A DNA stretch of 64,000 nt from Rhynchopus sp. YZ270_cl-10 (lineage: Eukaryota): NCBI GenBank assembly GCA_964035575.1, contig OZ037844.1, positions 1,240,001 through 1,304,000 on the forward strand. Direction: 5' to 3'. Made by a program: the position numbers and the translations under genes. Numbering within the stretch: position 1 is the first letter of the stretch; each line of letters starts with the position of its first letter. The notes beneath the pieces are model-generated. The model had not been told where the DNA came from. It did no database searches and worked only from the letters and a program-made list of their open reading frames with translations. Positions 35,113 through 46,577 of the stretch are shown one piece after another.

Positions 35113-35963
35113 CAGGGTTTTATATAGGAATTTTTTCCTGAACAAACAGGGGCAAAAACTGAGGATTCATTTTTTCTCACCCACCCACCCAAAATCAAAG
35201 TTGTTTTTTCGGCTGGGGCCAGTTGTGGTGTGCCTTGAACCCCCTTGGCTGTAAACCCAATTGATAGCAATTCGTGCACCAGGCGCACGTGGTACACGAA
35301 TTGTAAGTAGCCAGTACATTTATAACAAAGAAAGGGCGGTCATGGCACCCAAAGGTTCCTAGCGAAGCCACGGTACGCAACATTTCAAAAAATTGCGCTT
35401 ATAATCGCACATTTTTACAGCCAAACTATGTCAGGGAAGGGTGGGTTGCAATCTTGCGCCGCAGGCGCACGGTACGCTACTTTTATAATTTCGCCATGAT
35501 GCATGCTTCCTTTTCCTTCGGCGTTTGACCAATTGAGTCGCGTTCTGGCTGTGACGGGGGTGTGGGCAACCCTTGAGATAGACGTGTGTGTTTTCTTTAC
35601 TGACTTCGTTGTTTTCTGTCAACAGAGCTTCGTTTCGGCGACTGACTACCCCGGGCTGCACCCTGAGGCTACACCCCCCGGAGTGGGGTGGGGCAGCCCA
35701 CCCCAGAAAAGTTAAAACCCGAGGAAAACCCAGGCTTAAACCCGGGCTTCGAACCCGGGCTTGCTCTGCGCAAAATTAATTAAGCCCGGGTTTTCCCGGG
35801 CTTACTACCCAAGATTTTCACCGCTGGTCACGAGTCGTGTTCTAAGCCAGTAAAACGCCAAAAAACATTTTTTTTTTTTTTTAGGTCCGAAAAGGGGAAT
35901 TTTTTTTTTTTTTTTCAATAACTGAGGATTGCCCTCAGTTCTGACCCCCTATATAAAAGTCTG
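35113..35963. mobile_element. hAT-type MITE, family A copy 2
   Basis: Same termini as 22940-23850; perfect 8-bp TSD AAGGTGCA. Confidence 0.9.
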
Positions 35964-36756
35964 AAGGTGCATCACGGTCTGACCAGGTGGCCTGGTCATA
36001 TTAGAATTGTCAATCCGGTTATGAGGGGGGTGGGGGGGTGGTGATGGTTGGTGTTGTGTTTTCTTAAGATGCGTAGTGTTTGTCTGTTCCCTCCCGGGCC
36101 CTCAGGGGTCGCTCCCTACCCCCCCTACCCTACCCCTGCCCCGTGTGTATGTAGTGCATTTATCGTTTCATTTTTTCAAAGGTGGCTAAGCAGAGAGGCT
36201 TAAATTCATCTTGTAATTTTTTTCTTCTTTTTTTTTTCCCTGTTTGTCTTCGTACCCTTCCCCATCCTCCGTTCCTCGTTGTGTATGAAAATAATATGAT
36301 ACTGGGGGGGAAAATATAAAACCAAATGGATGCTGCCCGTTACGGGAATTACCAGGGTTAAATTTTTTCATGACCGGGGTAATTACCAGGTCCCACCAGG
36401 TACCACCGGGTTTTCGGTTGTCATTGCTGGGTATTTTCCGTGGCATTATGGGGTTGAAAAAAAAAGCTCCCCGGTAATATCTGGGTGCCATACATGAAAA
36501 AAAATTAGAATAGTGGATATTGCACAAAACAACTGTGGCAACACAAACGAGGCAACTACACTACAACAAATTTATCGAAAAAGAGAAAAAAAAAAAAAGA
36601 AAAACGGACAGACCAGAGTTTCCTAGTTATCATATCTGCCACTCTCTAAGGATGAGCTCTGCTATCTGTACGTTCCGAGCTCTTTTTTTTTAGTTTGTTT
36701 GTTTGTTTGTTTTTTTTTTTTTTGGGTGAATTTCGAGCACAGAACCCACCTATTGG

Positions 36757-36875
36757 CAGTGCTGTAAGAATACGCTTACGGATACGTAAGAATACGTATT
36801 CTGGAGCGTATTCTTACGGAATACGCCCCAGAATACGTAAGAATACGCTTACGGATACGTATTCTTACAGCACTG
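36757..36875. mobile_element. 119-bp hAT-type mini-MITE
   Basis: TIR CAGTGCTGTAAGAATACG / CGTATTCTTACAGCACTG; perfect 8-bp TSD CCTATTGG. Confidence 0.9.
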
Positions 36876-38647
36876 CCTATTGGTGGGGGTGATTTGCCGA
36901 CACTATACAAAACTCATCAACAAAAAAGGAAAAAAAAAATCCAAAAAAAAAAAAAAAAGGATCAAAAAATCTAAAACGAAAAAAGAAGAAAACGTCCCAC
37001 CGTATGATACTTCCGCGTGTGTCCAGCCCCGAGCTGGTTTTTGTGTGTCTCCTCCCCCTCACTACCCCCCTCTTCATTTTTATAAAGAAAACCAAATTGT
37101 GTGTGTTGACAGTTGTGGGGCGTTCCCAAGAGAGGAACATAGCCCCATATGTATGTGTATGTGTACGTGCGCCCCGTGATGGGGTATCTCTTTCATTAAT
37201 TTATGTAGTCTTTTTTCTTTCTCTCTTGCCTTGGCAAAAAAAAAAAGGGCTTCGGCCGACATTGAGTACAGACCTTTATACCATTTTAAAGTGATTGTCG
37301 ATACAAACAAAAAGGAGGGGGGGGGAAGCACATACTTCGTCCGCCCGAGTCTGCCAAAAAAAAAAAATCCCACTAAGGCCCGCCCGAGTTGAGACGGACT
37401 TTTGACTGAGTCCGCCATAGTCCGTATCAAGTCTGTCCGAGTTTTGGCGGATTTGAGACGGACTATGGAGGACTTTGAAAGTCCGTCTCAACTCAGGCGG
37501 ACTCAGGCGGACTACAAAGGATGGAATGGAAACACATTTTTTTTTTCAGTTTTCTGCACCATTTCAAAAGATTTCAAACAAAGCAATACCAGTAGGCTAA
37601 GCACGGAAAAACTTCGAAAAATTTTAAAAAGACGCGTGTGTGTGTGTGCAAATCAGGTGTGGGTAACTCCTGTAAGAATTATTGCCCTGTTTCGGTGTTG
37701 ATTATGTTCCTGCTTACAGCCTCCCTCGTGGTAACCTTGTGCATACCCGATGAAGTGCTCTCTGGGGGTTCGATACCCCGCGGAGAATCGGTGCCTACGT
37801 CCGCCGATGCACGGTGAGGCGTTTGCACCTTTCAACTTCTCTTTTTTTTAATGCAAATGTGTGCAGTTCCCTCCCACCCCTCCTCCACCCCCGCACCCTC
37901 CTGCTTGCGAAGCTTTGCTCGTTTTGGTCACCCCACCCCCCCTTTAAGTCCCCCCCTTATTCTCAATCTGTTGAAGGTGAGCACAGAGGCTTAGGTTCAT
38001 CTTACAAACTTTTATTTTCAACTTTTTCAACTTTTCTTTCTTTTTTTTTCTTGAAAAATACCCCCCTATTCTGTGATGGTCCATTATCAATAGCAACTTT
38101 TTCTTTTTTAAAGATACGTGCACGATACGTGCACATTCATATATCAAGTATTCTTCTTTTTTGCACTAGCATGTGTGATGTGTATACGTGTTGAATCCCC
38201 CCCTCCCCCATCCCCTCAGGGGTTTAGTCAAGAGAGCGAGAAAGGAAGCGAGCGAGAGAAACTATCATTGTGCAACAAGAGAAGTGCTTCGTTGGGGGGA
38301 AGGTATTGGAAGGGTTGGGGAAAAGGGAGCGAGATGGTCTTCAATCTCGTTTTTGTGTGTGTGTGTGTGTTTTTTTTTTTTTTGTTGGAATTTCTTTTTT
38401 TGTTCCTAAAAAAAGGAGGGGAAGTACATGTTACATCCTTTCATGCTTACTGTGTGTCAAAATAGTAGGTATGTGAATTTGTGTCTTGCTTAAAAAAATG
38501 AGGGTGTGGCTAAGAACTGCGAGGGGGGCTTTGGGTTCATCTTACTAGCGTTTTGCATTTTTTTTTTCTTCGAATAGCTACTGTAGCGAGGGTCTATGCT
38601 ACACAATTAGGGAAAGGTGTACTGGCTGTGCCCTACTTTTTTTATTT

Positions 38648-39472
38648 TAGGGTTAGTTGATTTTTTTTTTTTTGTTGCGTGCTCGGTGCTCCAAAAAAAA
38701 TCGTACGTACGTACGTCAAAAAAAAATAAATAGCAAAAAAAAAAGTAATGAAAAACCACCCGTATCTGAAACAGTTGTGCGTCAGGGGGTGAAAAAACAG
38801 TGTTTTGCGGCATGCGGCATTTCCGAACCAATCCCGGGCTGTGGTGGGGGATATATGGATATATACGGAAAAATGAACAAATTTTTAGTGACTTAAATTT
38901 TCACAAAAATGTGCACCCATACTCGTAAACAAGGGGTCATTTTCAGTCTGAAAACCCAACTTCAGATGAAATTGTGGTGTTTTTGACTGGGAACAGGTAG
39001 CGCCGCAGGCGCACGGTACCTAACTTGGGGTCTTTTTCCCCTTTTTCTCTGCTTTCTTTTGATTGCACGAGCCGATTGCTCTCCACGGTGGGGTCACATG
39101 TGTGTGCAAAAACACTATAAAGTACCCGAACTATGAAATACAAGTTCTCTGGTTTTAGTAAGGAAGCCCCAGTCTGTAAAAGAAAACGTACCGAGCAAAA
39201 TCACCAAAAACCTACGGTAGTGTGTAGGCGCGTAGCGCTACCCCTGGTTCCCATGCCCCGCCTTTTTTTTTACGAGTAAGTAACTGGTGGCGCAATAGAC
39301 ACCTTCTCAACCGTGCTCACCGTGGTGGTGCCACTTCCGAAAAAATACCCACAAGATTTGCAACAAAATGACCAACTATTTTTTTTTCCCCCCCTATTTT
39401 TTTTTTTTTCCTGAAATCAAAATATCGTACGTACGTAAGCACGCAACAAAAAATAAAATCAACTTACCCTTA
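38648..39472. mobile_element. Inverted-repeat element with a nested repeat copy
   Basis: AGGGTTAGTTGATTTT...GTTGCGTGCT vs AGCACGCAAC...AAAATCAACTTACCCT; CGTACGTACG subterminal motifs at both ends. Confidence 0.55.
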
Positions 39473-40968
39473 CTTGCAAAATAACAAAAACAAACCAAAA
39501 GATTCTTTTTAAATTTACAAAAAAAAAGAGGAAACGAAGCTGGTGGATAAAACTCCATCTTTCGATTGAAAATTATATCTTAATCTTTCTTCGAATAGTC
39601 TGTTGTTTGAATGGTCTTAGTCTGAATGTCTTTTTTGGTAGCTCACCTTTTTTACAGCCGCATTCCCTCAGATGATTTTACAGTGGACTGGTCGGGGGGG
39701 GCTACTAGTGGAACTACTAATCGTAAGAGTAGTGCTGAACTAGTCGTAAAACACTGGTTATTTGGAGAATTTGGGTAGCACCCCTAGTAGCACCCCCCTG
39801 CCTAGTTCCCCGTCTGCTACCTTACCCCCAGTCAATAAAATTTGGCTTCCCTCACCCGAAGAGGATTCCCCCTAGGGCTAGTGCCCACTAGTAGCACGAC
39901 TAGTGGGTGCTGGTGTAACTACTGGTCGTATTACTAGTGGGATGTGGGAATACCATTTAGGATCACTAGTCGTATTTTACACTAGTGCAGTAGTGACAGA
40001 GGACCATATGAGGTAGTCCCCTGATGAGTTTGAAAATTTAGTATACGAAATGATTTCTGTACTGCGAACAAGGACGCAACGCTTTGAGTAAACGATTTTG
40101 TTTTTTGTTGTTTTGTTTCGTTCAAAACATATTTTCATTAAAAAAAAGTAGTTTTTTTTTGTTTTGTTTTCATTTTATTTTAGATTGTGCAGACTCATGC
40201 AGCTGCACTACCGCCCCCCTCTTCTTAGCATTATCTAAAATCAAAAAAAAAAGTTAGTATAGTGGAGCACACTCTAGGCATACTGTGCAGACGAACGAAA
40301 AAAATCGTCGATGTTCGTTGAGAAACAAAAAGTGTCACTTTCTTAAGTGCCATCCCACACGACGAACCATACCCCCAGACCCAAGACGAATATTGACCTA
40401 TGTCCAGGGTGACACTAATACAACCAAGTTTTCAAAAAAAAAAAAAAAGTGTCAGACCAGAGTTCCCCCAATTATCTCATCTCTGCCACACTCTTTCTAA
40501 GGATGAGGTGTGCTGTCGTGTAGGTAGTTTCTAGCCCCTTCTTTGGGGTGGCATTTTTTGAGAACAGAACCCTCTCTTTTTTTTAGCAAGGTAACTAAGC
40601 GCGGCTTAGGTTTATCTTATAAAGTTTTTTTTTCTTTTTGATGAATTGGAGACGATAGTAGTGGGGACGTTCTTGCTATACTCCAATGGAAAATTTTTTT
40701 TTTCTCGCTCCCTTCCCTGCAAAAAAAAATAGCAACTCTCATTGAAAACTGGCAACACCTTGTGTTGTCTATACCCACTTAAAGATTTTTGATGAGATGT
40801 TGAAGGATCCTGTGAAGAAAAAACATTGTGGCTACTATCCAGTGATAGTAGTCTATAATCAAGCAAAATTTTTCTTTGGCGAGATATCGATATAATCATC
40901 AAAAACAAACCAACGGATTATCAAAATAAAAAATAAAAAATTAAAAAATAAAAATGGATAGTGAACAC

Positions 40969-41076
40969 AGCGAGTCGCAATATTACGGGTGTTCTGTCTA
41001 ATTTAGGTGGGCCCAATATCCACACATAATTAAGTCACCCATAATAAAACACACCCGGGAATATTGCGACCCACTG
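40969..41076. mobile_element. ~108-bp MITE-like hairpin
   Basis: CAGCGAGTCGCAATATT / AATATTGCGACCCACTG imperfect IR; no clear TSD. Confidence 0.5.
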
Positions 41077-41759
41077 TAGTGTGGAGAACAGTTTCAAAAA
41101 AAAGTTTATATTTTTTTGTGTACCGAACCCATCTTCGGACAGGCGAGTGTCGAAACAACACATGAAAAAAAAAAGCACCCACAATTTCCACCCCCTTTCT
41201 CACTAAACAGCCATTTCTCCCTCCAATTTTTTTTTTTTTTTTTTTTTTTCATTTGTTTTACGGAACACGCCCCCTCATCCCAGAGCAACAAACCGTCACT
41301 ATCACACACACCCCCCCCATCCCTCACAAACATCAAACTAAAATGCTTTTTTTCGGCAAAAAAAACAAAAGCCAAAGCAATACAGAGATAACCAGCCAAT
41401 TTTTCAATATACAAACGATCTTTCGATCCCCCATCCCTCACCACAAACACACAGCATTCAACAGACCTAGGGGCCTCCTCTCGCTCCTCCTCCTCTCCCC
41501 CCCATCTCCCCCTTCCTCGCTCTTCCCCTATTAGACAATCCCCCCTTCTTTAGAAGTGTTTCCGTCAAGCCACTAGAGGGAGGGAGGGGGGGGACTTTAT
41601 ACGGTGTTCTTAGAACCCTTTCTCCCCCTTTCTCTGTGTCTCTTTTCTTATTCTTGTCATCCGGGGCTGGCATCGACAGGGTTGTGGAGGTGCCTGCTTC
41701 AATTTCTTTTTCTTCTTTTGATCTTTATTAAAATATTCTTTTTTTTAATTGCATAAACC

Positions 41760-44700
41760 ATGCCTGTCCCGCAGCCATCTCCCCTTAGGGGGAAGCTAGG
41801 CAGCCATCGCATTTCTGAGTCTGCTTCTGGTATTTCGAACGATCTGACGGAAACTCTCTCCTCCCCGAGTAGGTGGTACAAATCACAGCCACGGAGGCGG
41901 TTTGGGCTGCCTTCACAAGGCACTTCAGCACCTCCAGCAGGGGGTCCTGGACGGAGGGAGTCTGGACCGACCTTAACGTATCGCGATCTCTCCCCGACCC
42001 GTACCAGACATGGTCCTGCCACGGCGCTTGGTGTGTCGGGTCTGATCTCTTCCGATTCGCATTTAAATGGAGATTATGTGATTGAAGAGACTGGGCGTTT
42101 TGTGCAGATAGATGGTATCGGGGTGCTGTCGCATAAAGCTGGCAGATGGCGGCTCGGTGCAGGGCAAGAGCAGCACACCTGCAGCAGTAGTGGTCTGCTT
42201 GGTCAATGGCAGCACGACGCTCACGACCAGACCCGCCCCATTGCGTATCCCTTCATTGTCGCAACGCGGACCCGCGATATGGAGAAGGACAGCCGGCCGC
42301 ATGAACCCCACTTTGCGTCGCACCATCCTCCAGAGACAGACTTTGAACAAGAAGAGCGGAAACGCACCGAACGGCATATGGAAGAGGCGAGAGCACGGCT
42401 GGAACGGCAACTGGAGGAGAGCAGACGGGAGTTGGAGGGGGCACAAGGGAGTGTCGAGGAAGCGGTTGGGCGGGTTGCCGCAGGGGAACGGGAGAGGGAC
42501 GCATTAGCACGACAGCTTTTAGAAGCTGCGCAAGGTGAGGCGCGAGCTGCGATCCTTTTCGAAGAGGCTGAGGATCTGTCATCAGCGCTGTTCTGGCTGG
42601 GGGTGCCGCTACACCGCTTCACGGAAGCAGCATTGATGGCAGCACGGTCTGAACGTGCCGCGCATGAAGGTACTGCAGCAGAGCTGGCACAGCATCTGCA
42701 GACAAACCAAAGCCTCCTGGCGGAGCGTGCTGCGTGGGTGCAGCAGATAGACGCAGAGCGTGATGCGCAGCACAAAACTGCGCTAGGTGCAGAGCATCTT
42801 GCACGTGAGATGGAGACCTGGCGGAACGATGTCAAGGACACCCTTCAGGAGGAGGAGATGCAGACGCAGGCCAAGCTGCACGAAGCTAACCTTGCCAGAG
42901 ACGAGGCACGGCGGCACGCAGACCTCGCGGAAGGGCAAGTACAGCAGCTTGTCTCGCAGCTTGATGCATCACGACTAAGAGCGGACCAACTCGAGCAAGA
43001 GAGACAAGGCGTAATATCAGAGCTCCGCAGCCAGCTCCTTGAAATGCGCCAAGCTGCCGCAAGGGAGACGCAGGTGCGTGAAGAGCTGCTAAACGAGCTC
43101 ACCGAGTCACGACGAGAGGCGCAACAAGCAAACCAGCTGTTCCGGGAAAGTATGTTGCGTTTTTTTTTTAAAGGGTATTTTTATTGGTTGTTGGTTGTGG
43201 GTGTGTGTTTCCGACCCCCTAAATGGCTTCGAAGCTAACTTTCCCCCCTGGATGTCCGGATATCGGGTACACAAAAACCAACAGATACATACTTTTGTGG
43301 CAGTGGGGTGGGTGTAAGAGGGTGTTTGAATGCATAAACAACAAAACGCTACTTTCTTGAGTGGACGATCTGCATCGTATTCGTATAGATTATCGACAAT
43401 AATGTTCGACCTTTTCAGGATTTTCCTGGAAGTTGTCGACCTTTTTTCGATAATTTGTACGAATACGGTATATAATTTAAGTACAAAAGCATTCAGGCGA
43501 CACTGTTGTACATAACCTACCCTCGGGTGGGCGAGTTGGTGATGCCACAAAAATACACATTGACATCGAAACCACCCCCCCACAGATATATCCTCTCGCC
43601 TAGACCTGCTAGTCGTCACAGCGAAGCTACCACTCACCGACAAAGACCTCACCCCTGTATGTCACCCCACAAACCCCATCACCAGAAGACACTTTCCCCC
43701 AGCCAATTGCCCCTAACCCATGAGGACCAAAGCTCTTTGCTGTGTTTTTGCATCACCCCCCTATATTATGATACCAAACTAAAAATGCTTTCGACAAAAA
43801 AAACAAAAGCCAAATCAATACAGAGAGAACCAACCATTTTTTTTTTGGGGTTTTTTTTTAAAACCACTTTTCCCCTTATTTATTGTGACCACAGATTCAA
43901 CACAATACGGCTCTATTATTTTCTCCCCCAAACTAACGTATTGACACAATAAGGGTAATTGACGTTCCACATTCCACAAAAAAAAACAATCCTATTTTGT
44001 TCAGGATGCGGCAGTGCTAGCTTCGCGACTGGATGCCATCACGACAAGTCTTGCACAGCGCATGCATGAGATGGAGGAAGACTTGGCGAACAGCTCTATC
44101 TGCGTCAAGCAGCTTGCCGCGCGTGTCAGCGAGCTTGAGGAGCACAACAACGATCTTCAGACGAACCTCGACGTCACAATACGCGAGCGCAACGTCCTCT
44201 CAACCGAGAACGAAGAGCAGAGAAACCGCCTCCAGGTATAGTCTTGGCATATAATGTCTTCTTTTTCTTTTTTCTTTTTTTGGACGAAATAAAAAGGTTG
44301 TGCAAAAAGACTTCATCACCAACTTATTCAGGCTTTAGAAGGATTAAAAACTATAGTGGTCTAGGATACGGATACTCAGCAAAGTTTAAAACAATCTTTC
44401 TTATCGTTTGCATACCAAACTAAAATGCTTTTTTATTCCCCTGGGAAATAAAGTATACGAAGGATTTGGCACTTTTAGCGGGATTTTATTTAATGATAAT
44501 TTCACGCTAAATTTTGGTACATGTAGGTAGTAGGGCTGGAGGGACCGTCCAGCCTTTTTTAGCCTCCCGCCAGCCTCCTCAATCCCGCCAGCCCTCAGCG
44601 GGCCTATCTAGGGGTCCGCGGGACCCGGTAGCGCTGGCGGGAGGGTAATGAGAGCTTTTTTTTTTTTTTTTTCACGCTCTTTTTTTTTTTTTTTCCCTGA

Positions 44701-44976
44701 GAGCTTCCTGTGAGGACACATACTCGTTAGTTATTGCACAATAAATAAGTCACGCTAAAAGTGCCAAATCCTTTCGTATACTTTATTTCCCGTGAAATAA
44801 AATTACGTATTCACCTCCTTTTAGCGGATTATTTTGCGATACTTCACTTATTTTTTTCCCAGGCTCGTGCACTCAATTTGCCTCGCTTCGCTCGGCAAAT
44901 TAAGTAGCCCTCGCCTGGGAAAAAAATGCGTGAAGTTATCGCAAAATAAAACCCCGCTAAAAGGAGGTGAATAAAT

Positions 44977-45019
<43 letters not shown>

Positions 45020-45770
45020 TCCAGTCAGTGTGGTTTTACTTTTTTTTTGAAAATTTCAGCAAAAAAAAGAGCCAAAGCAATACAGAGACGTAGTACTCAT
45101 TTTTGTCAAACCGATTTTTTCTCCATCAAACGCCCCTCTCCCCTTCTTGCAGCTATTGGAGTCCGAAGCAACTGCCCTGCGGCATGGAAAGGAAGCAGCA
45201 GAGGCGAAGAGTGCTCGTCTTGAGCAGGACAATGTCCAGCTTGTGGAGGAGCTGCGTGTGGCGCGTGTGGAGGAAGGGGTGGTGCGGAGGTTGGCTGAAC
45301 AGGTGAGGGTGATAGAGGCAGATATGCGAGCACAGGCGGCAGAGCAGGTGCAGGCGGAGCGTGAGGAGCACAGCCTAGAGAAGGCACGTCTCATGACACG
45401 GCTGCATGATGCTGAGGCACAACTGGCGGTGTACGCACAGCAGCAACAGCAGCAGCAGCAGCCCCAGGCCGAGGCACAGAGCAAGCAGCTCTCTCCGCCA
45501 CGCGAGACACACAGAGCGCGGATGCATGCAGCAGGCCCGGGTGTGTCCGTCCAGCCTGCACAGACGGTACAGCCTGCACCGAGTATCTGGGCGACAGCAC
45601 CAGCGGCAGTCGGGTCGTACGGCAGCCGGTCAGTATCCCCTAGTCTGGCGAGGGTGCAGTACCAGGGTGGTGGTGGTGGTGTTCGTGGTGGTCTGGCCCC
45701 GTCTCACTCAGCAAGCCATGTCCCAGAGACCCGTCATAGCATGCAGGATTGGCTGACCTCGTTGCGATAA
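41760..45770 (+). CDS. Coiled-coil protein of unknown function, ~769 aa; exons 41760-43149, 43586-43656, 44005-44235, 45153-45770
   Basis: All three introns are GT(AT)...CAG with compatible phases (1, 0, 0); E/Q/R/A-rich heptad sequence. Confidence 0.8.
44431..44802. repeat. Intronic long inverted repeat
   Basis: GGGAAATAAAGTATACGAAGGATTTGGCACTTTTAGCG vs CGCTAAAAGTGCCAAATCCTTTCGTATACTTTATTTCCC. Confidence 0.85.
44808..44973. repeat. Intronic ~166-bp palindrome/hairpin
   Basis: TATTCACCTCCTTTTAGCGG ... CCGCTAAAAGGAGGTGAATA, pairing inward to a GCTTCGC apex. Confidence 0.9.
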
Positions 45771-46577
45771 GGCCACGAAGAAGAAAAGTAAGCAATAAAA
45801 GGTACCTCAGCCAGACGCAAGCGATCTCTGCAGCGCGGGGTATCTTTGATAGGTTATCCCCTTATGCTACGATGGCGCCATGCGTGTACTTCAAATCAGT
45901 TACGGGTACTTCCTGCACGAAACACTGCCCCCCCGGTGCTGTACTGCATGCTGGATAACCCGAGGTGCGGGCAACCCGCAGCTTCCTCATTGTAAGGTGA
46001 ACAAAACACTGTCACATTCTCATAAGCTGTTCCCTTTTCCCCTATTTTCCCCCCTTTTTTGTTGCGGTACATAGTGAGTGGCGTGTAACTTTTCGAGCCT
46101 CTTTTTTTTTTTTAAATACAGTGGCAGGTCACCTTCATTGGTGCACACCCTGAGGATGCACTCCACTGTACAAGCTTTTGAAGTAGTTTGTTGTCTCATT
46201 TGCCCACATTCCCCCCCACCCGAACCTGTATTAGCACATTAGAATATTCTGTTAGAAAAACAAAGCTGGAGGGGGGGCATTGCTGCGTCATTTGCACATT
46301 TTGTCTCTGTTTGAGGGCAGGTAACACAGCAGGTGGTCTCTCGCCTCGTGCAGGCGGAAGCGCGTGTTCTTGTGGTCAGGTGTCTGCATGGTGTAGACTG
46401 GCCCTTCTTCTGCGGTGCTAGTGGTATGCTTGCAAGGCGTCACTCTGGAGCTGCGCTTGAACTCCGTTGCAGTTATGTAGGCGTCTTGTGGGGTGTGGTG
46501 ATAGTGGTGTCCTTCCCCACCACACAACCCCCGTAAAAAGGAAAATCACAACACACATTAACGAGAAGTTCAAAACC

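Noticed and set aside
39690..40000. ACTAGT-rich stretch as regulatory array
   Set aside because: More simply explained as subterminal repeats of a decayed element; no defined unit or ends.
40000..40075. Hammerhead-like CTGATGAG...CGAAA at 40021-40050
   Set aside because: I could not form convincing stems I and III with an NUH site; stem II is only ~2 bp.
44979..45018. ~40-nt poly(T) run
   Set aside because: Intronic homopolymer; length unreliable and not informative by itself.
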